Shown in pieces: positions 59,890-64,000 of a stretch of 64,000 bases of DNA. The stretch comes from a virus (Duplodnaviria > Caudoviricetes), in IMG/VR virus record IMGVR_UViG_3300031784_000003; one strand, 5' to 3'. The translations under genes were made by a program, and so were the position numbers. How positions within the stretch are numbered: position 1 is the first letter of the stretch; every line of letters begins with the position of its first letter. The notes under the pieces are model-generated. The model worked only from the letters and a program-made list of their open reading frames with translations, made no database searches and was not told where the DNA came from.

Positions 59890-62052
59890 ATGAAAAAAAG
59901 ATATACTAATTTAAATGAAGAAGTGAATAGAATTAAATCTCTATTTACTGAAGAAAGGTTATATGGTAATTTAAAAGAAAATAAATTATTAACTGAGCAA
60001 GGTATAGGTAAAAAACTTGCAGATGCGTTAGAAACTGCAAGTTCTTCTGTTTCTAAGGCAATTAAAAATGTTGACCCAAAATTAGCCACAAATTTTTTAA
60101 ATTCAGAAATCAATACTTTTGATGACTTAGCGAAACATTTAAACGATTATAAATCTATATGGAAAGCTATGGGAATTAATTGGGATTATGCGAATGACGC
60201 AATTTTATCATTTAAAAAATGGTCAGATACTGGATTTTTAAAAAGTGCAGACGATAAATTAATTTTACAAGTTATCAATGATTTACCTGTGGAAGGTGAT
60301 TTAAGAGGTATGGTATTTGATTTATGGAAAGATAGTAAAGGAAAATATACCCCACCTAAATCAAAAAATCAGACTACTATTGTTAGTAAATCTAATAAAG
60401 GTGAAAATGTTATCCATAAAGTAGAAACTGTTGGTGGTAAAGAAAAAATTGAGACTTACTCAATAGAGAGTGATGGGATTAAAAAAGATGACGGTTACGA
60501 CCCAAATAGGGCTAGTGAAGAAGTTAATTCACATTTTGATGGGGATGATTTAGTTTCTGGTGGAGGAAGTAGTAAAATCACTACTGATGTGTTAAATGCT
60601 AAAGGTAATCCAGATAATATAAAAGGTGAAATTATAAATGCTATTGAGGAAGGATTTAATAAAATATCAGGTAGAGGTGGTAAACAAATGACTTCTGATG
60701 AAATTGTTGAACAGATTAAAAATGGGGGAGTTTTAATGGTAAAACGATCTGATGGTTCTTATAGAGTAATAAATACTATAGAATTAATAGAAATGGAAAT
60801 AGATCAAAATTTGGATATAACTAACATAAAAAGTATTGGTAAAAAAGATGTAACACCACCAGTTAATGTTCCACCAGTTAAAGATGGTGGTGAATCAGTA
60901 GATGTACCTACAGACGGTGGTAGAAATGGAAGTAAAAAATCTAAAAATAATTTTTCTTCAAATATTGGTAACATAATTGGACAAGGTTTCAGATATGTGT
61001 TCCCAACAGTTAGTGAAATATTAAAACGTGTATCTTTATTAGGTCCAGGTAGTAAATTTTATTCTAAACAAAGATTTAGTATTGTCGATTCGAGATTTCC
61101 AACAGAAGGAGGTTATAATAAACGAGCTAACAAGATTTTGAAGGGTTTGTTGGAAAACCCTGCAAGAATATTGTTTGTAGAACAAACTGCTTTAATTACT
61201 ATTGTTGGTATAGCAAAATCAATCGAAAGAGGAACACTACCTAAAGATGAAGAAGCTATAAATACTGCAATTGCAGATTATAAGAATAGTGAAATATGGA
61301 AATACAGTGTACCGTATTTATTAGCGGGTACACTTGCCGATGTCTATCAGAGGATTATTAATTTAAGAAAAATTAGTTACGCTTCTTGTAGAAGTAAAGC
61401 AGAAAAAAAATTAAATCCTAATGATCCTCTTTATGAAATAAAGAAAAAGGAAGTTGAAGTGGAAATTGAAGCGTGTAAAGATGAGGTAGACTCATTTTTT
61501 GATAAAATTGATGCTTTTGGAAAAGACTTTACTAAATTTAAAAAAGAATTTGCCGACCTTAGTAATATAGATCAATGGGATCAATCAAAAATAGAAAAAT
61601 TTTGTGAAGAAGATTTAGCGGATAAACAAGAGGTTTTGAAAAATTTGAGGGTTAGTTTAACTAATTTAGATGATGAAATAAAAAATCGATTTAATACAGA
61701 TGACATTAAAAAAAGAGAATATATTGTTACTATAATTAATACTTTGAAGAACGTTATGCCTGCGTTACCTGAATTACCTACTCCAGAAGAAGTAATTAGT
61801 CAATTAATGCCTAAAACGGAAATTAATGGTAAAAAAATAACCCCTTTAGATATACAAGGGTTAGAAACTAAATTAAACGCAGCATGTGCTGAATACTGGA
61901 ACAAAAAAAGAGATGTTCAAGATCAAATAGTTGATCCAGATGATTATGAACAACCAATAGATACAATTAATGTTGACCCTGACACTAAAGAAAGTTTAGA
62001 CGCAGATTTTGGTATGATAGAAGTAATTGTAGAACCAATAGAAATAGTTTAA
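59890..62052 (+). CDS. Mosaic protein: 56108-type leader + 52420-type 125-aa module + unique C-terminus
   Basis: LNEEVNRIKSLFTEERLYG, then LLTEQGIGKKLADALE...; hydrophobic stretch in C-terminal half. Confidence 0.7.
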   Translation: MKKRYTNLNEEVNRIKSLFTEERLYGNLKENKLLTEQGIGKKLADALETASSSVSKAIKNVDPKLATNFLNSEINTFDDLAKHLNDYKSIWKAMGINWDYANDAILSFKKWSDTGFLKSADDKLILQVINDLPVEGDLRGMVFDLWKDSKGKYTPPKSKNQTTIVSKSNKGENVIHKVETVGGKEKIETYSIESDGIKKDDGYDPNRASEEVNSHFDGDDLVSGGGSSKITTDVLNAKGNPDNIKGEIINAIEEGFNKISGRGGKQMTSDEIVEQIKNGGVLMVKRSDGSYRVINTIELIEMEIDQNLDITNIKSIGKKDVTPPVNVPPVKDGGESVDVPTDGGRNGSKKSKNNFSSNIGNIIGQGFRYVFPTVSEILKRVSLLGPGSKFYSKQRFSIVDSRFPTEGGYNKRANKILKGLLENPARILFVEQTALITIVGIAKSIERGTLPKDEEAINTAIADYKNSEIWKYSVPYLLAGTLADVYQRIINLRKISYASCRSKAEKKLNPNDPLYEIKKKEVEVEIEACKDEVDSFFDKIDAFGKDFTKFKKEFADLSNIDQWDQSKIEKFCEEDLADKQEVLKNLRVSLTNLDDEIKNRFNTDDIKKREYIVTIINTLKNVMPALPELPTPEEVISQLMPKTEINGKKITPLDIQGLETKLNAACAEYWNKKRDVQDQIVDPDDYEQPIDTINVDPDTKESLDADFGMIEVIVEPIEIV

Positions 62053-62088
62053 TATTTACTTTTAATAATATATAAATAGTTTTATAAT

Positions 62089-62868
62089 ATGGAAAATTCA
62101 AATAATATTTTAGACCCAAATTATGTACCTGAAGATTACAAGGTACCTTATGATATAATAGAATTACCTTCACAAGGTTTATTATACCCTAATAAAAAAG
62201 CGCAAGTTAAAGTAGAATATTTAACTGCATATGATGAGAATATTTTAACATCCCCAAACATTTTGGCGAATGGTAAAATTATAGATGTTCTTTTAGAAAG
62301 AAAAGTTAAAGATTTAGGTTTCGACCACAAACTTTTATTAGAAGGTGATAGAATGGCAATAATATTATTTTTAAGAGTGTCTGCATTTGGACCTATTTAT
62401 CTACAACCAGTAATTGATCCAATAAGTAAAAAAATTGTGGAGGGTGAAGTTGATTTAACTCAATTACAAAATAAAAAATTACTTGTAAAACCAGACGAAC
62501 AAGGGTTATTTGATTTCATTTTACCTACTTCTAAAAAGAATATAAAATTCAGATTTCTATCAGGAAAAGATGAAGAAGAAATTGACATTTTAGATAATCA
62601 ATTAATGGAAAGAAATAAAAATGAAATTTCTAATAGAACTACATTAAGGTTAGAAAGATTAATTATGGATATCGATGGTGAAAGAGATAAAATAAAAATA
62701 TCTAATTTACTAAAGGCATTACCTATTATGGATATTAGAAAATTAAATAAATATATTTCTGAAATCGAACCAGGAGTAGATTTCAAAACTAGCGCTAGGA
62801 CTCTGGGGGGAGAGTCCGTTACTACCTTTCTTAGAATCAATAAAAATTTATTTTGGCCTGACATCTAA
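62089..62868 (+). CDS. Baseplate hub/tail assembly chaperone (T4 gp26-like)
   Basis: IELPSQG..Y, YLTAYDENILTSPN, GDR.AI..FLR..FG, KFRFL.G.DE; lies upstream of probable tape measure. Confidence 0.7.
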   Translation: MENSNNILDPNYVPEDYKVPYDIIELPSQGLLYPNKKAQVKVEYLTAYDENILTSPNILANGKIIDVLLERKVKDLGFDHKLLLEGDRMAIILFLRVSAFGPIYLQPVIDPISKKIVEGEVDLTQLQNKKLLVKPDEQGLFDFILPTSKKNIKFRFLSGKDEEEIDILDNQLMERNKNEISNRTTLRLERLIMDIDGERDKIKISNLLKALPIMDIRKLNKYISEIEPGVDFKTSARTLGGESVTTFLRINKNLFWPDI

Positions 62869-62995
62869 CCATCAACAATATCTTTTAAAAGAAATATTGT
62901 TTTTGGTTGGTCGAGGTTTTACATATTCAGATATTCTGATTATGCCAACTTATATGCGTAAATTTTATATTGATTATTTAGTCCCTAAAGAGTAA
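62852..62995 (+). CDS. Startless +1-frame ORF (gp51/gpT-like C-terminal extension of chaperone)
   Basis: FGLTSNHQQYLLKEILFLVGRGFTYSDILIMPTYMRKFYIDYLVPKE*; frame open from 62780 with no ATG until near its end. Confidence 0.6.
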   Translation, partial: FGLTSNHQQYLLKEILFLVGRGFTYSDILIMPTYMRKFYIDYLVPKE

Positions 62996-63027
62996 AATAA
63001 AATACTCATATATTTATATAATAAATA

Positions 63028-63537
63028 ATGTATATGAATATAGATAAATATATAACTACAGTATCTAATCTTAATATGTTAATAGAGACAATAACTAATA
63101 ATGATATTGAAGATGTCCAGAATAGTATTAATGTCGCAAAAGAGAAAATAGATATGTTAGATGCTCAGATACAAAGTCGATTGGCTACATCAAATGAGTC
63201 AAATGTTATACCCTACACTGATATTAGAATAGAATTTTTTGACACAATTAAAACTAACGTAAGAGAATCTGTAGAAAAATACGAAATAGAACTTAGTGGG
63301 AGAGAAAATTTAAAGGTTGTTGGTTTTGATGCAATAGAAAAATTTATTGTTGTCCGTAAAAACCAATGGATTAAATCAGTTGCATTAAAAATATATTATA
63401 AAACAATTGGTACAAGAATAAAACAAACAGGAGAATATCAATTATTTTATAATGAAAGAGGGGACCTTTCTGGATACAATATGACAAGATCGGGTATTAA
63501 GGATGGTTTTAGATTTGAAATAATTTCACTTTCTTAG
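63028..63537 (+). CDS. Hypothetical protein
   Basis: ORF track; preceded by ATATTTAT. Confidence 0.6.
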   Translation: MYMNIDKYITTVSNLNMLIETITNNDIEDVQNSINVAKEKIDMLDAQIQSRLATSNESNVIPYTDIRIEFFDTIKTNVRESVEKYEIELSGRENLKVVGFDAIEKFIVVRKNQWIKSVALKIYYKTIGTRIKQTGEYQLFYNERGDLSGYNMTRSGIKDGFRFEIISLS

Positions 63538-63543
63538 ATAAAA

Positions 63544-63690
63544 ATGTTAGAAAATTTAGGAAATAATGTAAAAAAAATTGTTAATAATTCAGTTCAAAAA
63601 ACTGAAATTAATGAAATAGTAAAAATTTTTGAAAAAATAAAAAAAGATTTTGAAAAAATAAAAGAGGATTTTGAAAAAAATAAAAAGTAA
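63544..63690 (+). CDS. Small coiled-coil protein (48 aa)
   Basis: Manual translation MLENLGNNVKKIVNNSVQKTEINEIVKIFEKIKKDFEKIKEDFEKNKK; TAATG overlap with next gene. Confidence 0.5.
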   Translation: MLENLGNNVKKIVNNSVQKTEINEIVKIFEKIKKDFEKIKEDFEKNKK

Positions 63691-64000
63691 TGAGTTCACC
63701 TGCAACACAAGATGATATAGAAAAATTAAAGGAACAGATAAAGGATCTTAATGAAAGAATCGATGAGTTAACTGGAAACATGTCCAAACTTAAAAAAGAA
63801 AGTGAAGAGTTTAATGGACGTATTGGGGATAGTAATGACTTATTAGGTGATGCAGTTCTGAAAGTGAGAGACATGGGTAAAGAATTTAGAAAATTTGCCA
63901 CCGATACAAAAGCCCAATACCAATTAGCAGAAGGTTTAGCGGAAAAAAGTAAAGAAACTGCGGTAAATATTGGTATTTCTGTTGGTAGAAGTCAACAATT
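63690..64000 (+). CDS. Probable tape measure protein, N-terminus (runs off window)
   Basis: Open frame from ATG 63690: MSSPATQDDIEKLKEQIKDLNERIDEL..., helical/coiled-coil; canonical position after tube and chaperone. Confidence 0.6.
   Translation, partial: MSSPATQDDIEKLKEQIKDLNERIDELTGNMSKLKKESEEFNGRIGDSNDLLGDAVLKVRDMGKEFRKFATDTKAQYQLAEGLAEKSKETAVNIGISVGRSQQ

Noticed and set aside
52480-60360. Possible DGR template/variable repeat pair
   Set aside because: Differences are not adenine-specific, both copies are N-terminal coding modules, and no reverse transcriptase is in the window.
1241-62864. Numerous 60-126 aa ORFs nested in or antisense to long genes (e.g. 1241, 9214, 23484, 49944, 51162, 62598)
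   Set aside because: They have no recognisable motifs and are expected by chance opposite long AT-rich genes.
63608-63901. 97-aa minus-strand ORF
   Set aside because: Shadow of two plus-strand ORFs (63544 and 63690) that fit the operon direction.
1-64000. Alternative genetic code (stop-codon recoding) as seen in some large phages
   Set aside because: Conserved genes (polymerase, sheath, helicase) are full length under the standard code, and TAG and TGA both appear as real stops.
1-64000. tRNA or rRNA genes
   Set aside because: Intergenic gaps are short and AT-rich; no cloverleaf or T-loop (GTTCGA-type) context was recognised, though tRNAscan-SE was not run.

Overview
This window is an AT-rich segment of a large T4-like myovirus (jumbo-phage type) genome in the standard genetic code. 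I saw no tRNA, rRNA or CRISPR array. From left to right: (i) 1-17.6 kb is a minus-strand glycan-biosynthesis island with about 14 glycosyltransferase-like genes, 2 NDP-sugar SDRs, 2 methyltransferases and a split transketolase, plus dUTPase and an HD protein. (ii) 17.7-23.4 kb holds small or hypothetical genes (lipoprotein, OmpA-like, DUF6011-like, WYL-like). (iii) 23.5-33.9 kb holds tail-fibre and adhesin genes, including a DUF285/BspA repeat protein. (iv) 34-41 kb holds family B DNA polymerase, a neck protein, a Dps-like protein, glutaredoxin and an SNF2 helicase. (v) 41-64 kb holds neck, tail terminator, fibre, sheath, tube, tail chaperone and the start of a probable tape measure gene. Two exact Bacteroidota-type promoters (TTTG-N20-TANNTTTG) point to a Bacteroidota host. 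The most striking element is a family of at least 10 genes interleaved with the tail genes whose products share an N-terminal [IL]-x-E leader resembling a prohead-protease/capsid-targeting signal. They carry shuffled cargo domains (HExxH peptidase, HAD, pre-toxin-TG-like, OmpA-like, WYL-like), suggesting a polymorphic set of capsid-packaged effectors. Other highlights are a probable +1/-2 frameshift in the tail chaperone, an unannotated RHH gene with a tandem operator-like repeat, and a recurrent ATATTTAT late-promoter-like motif. All family assignments come from motif recognition by eye, not from database searches.
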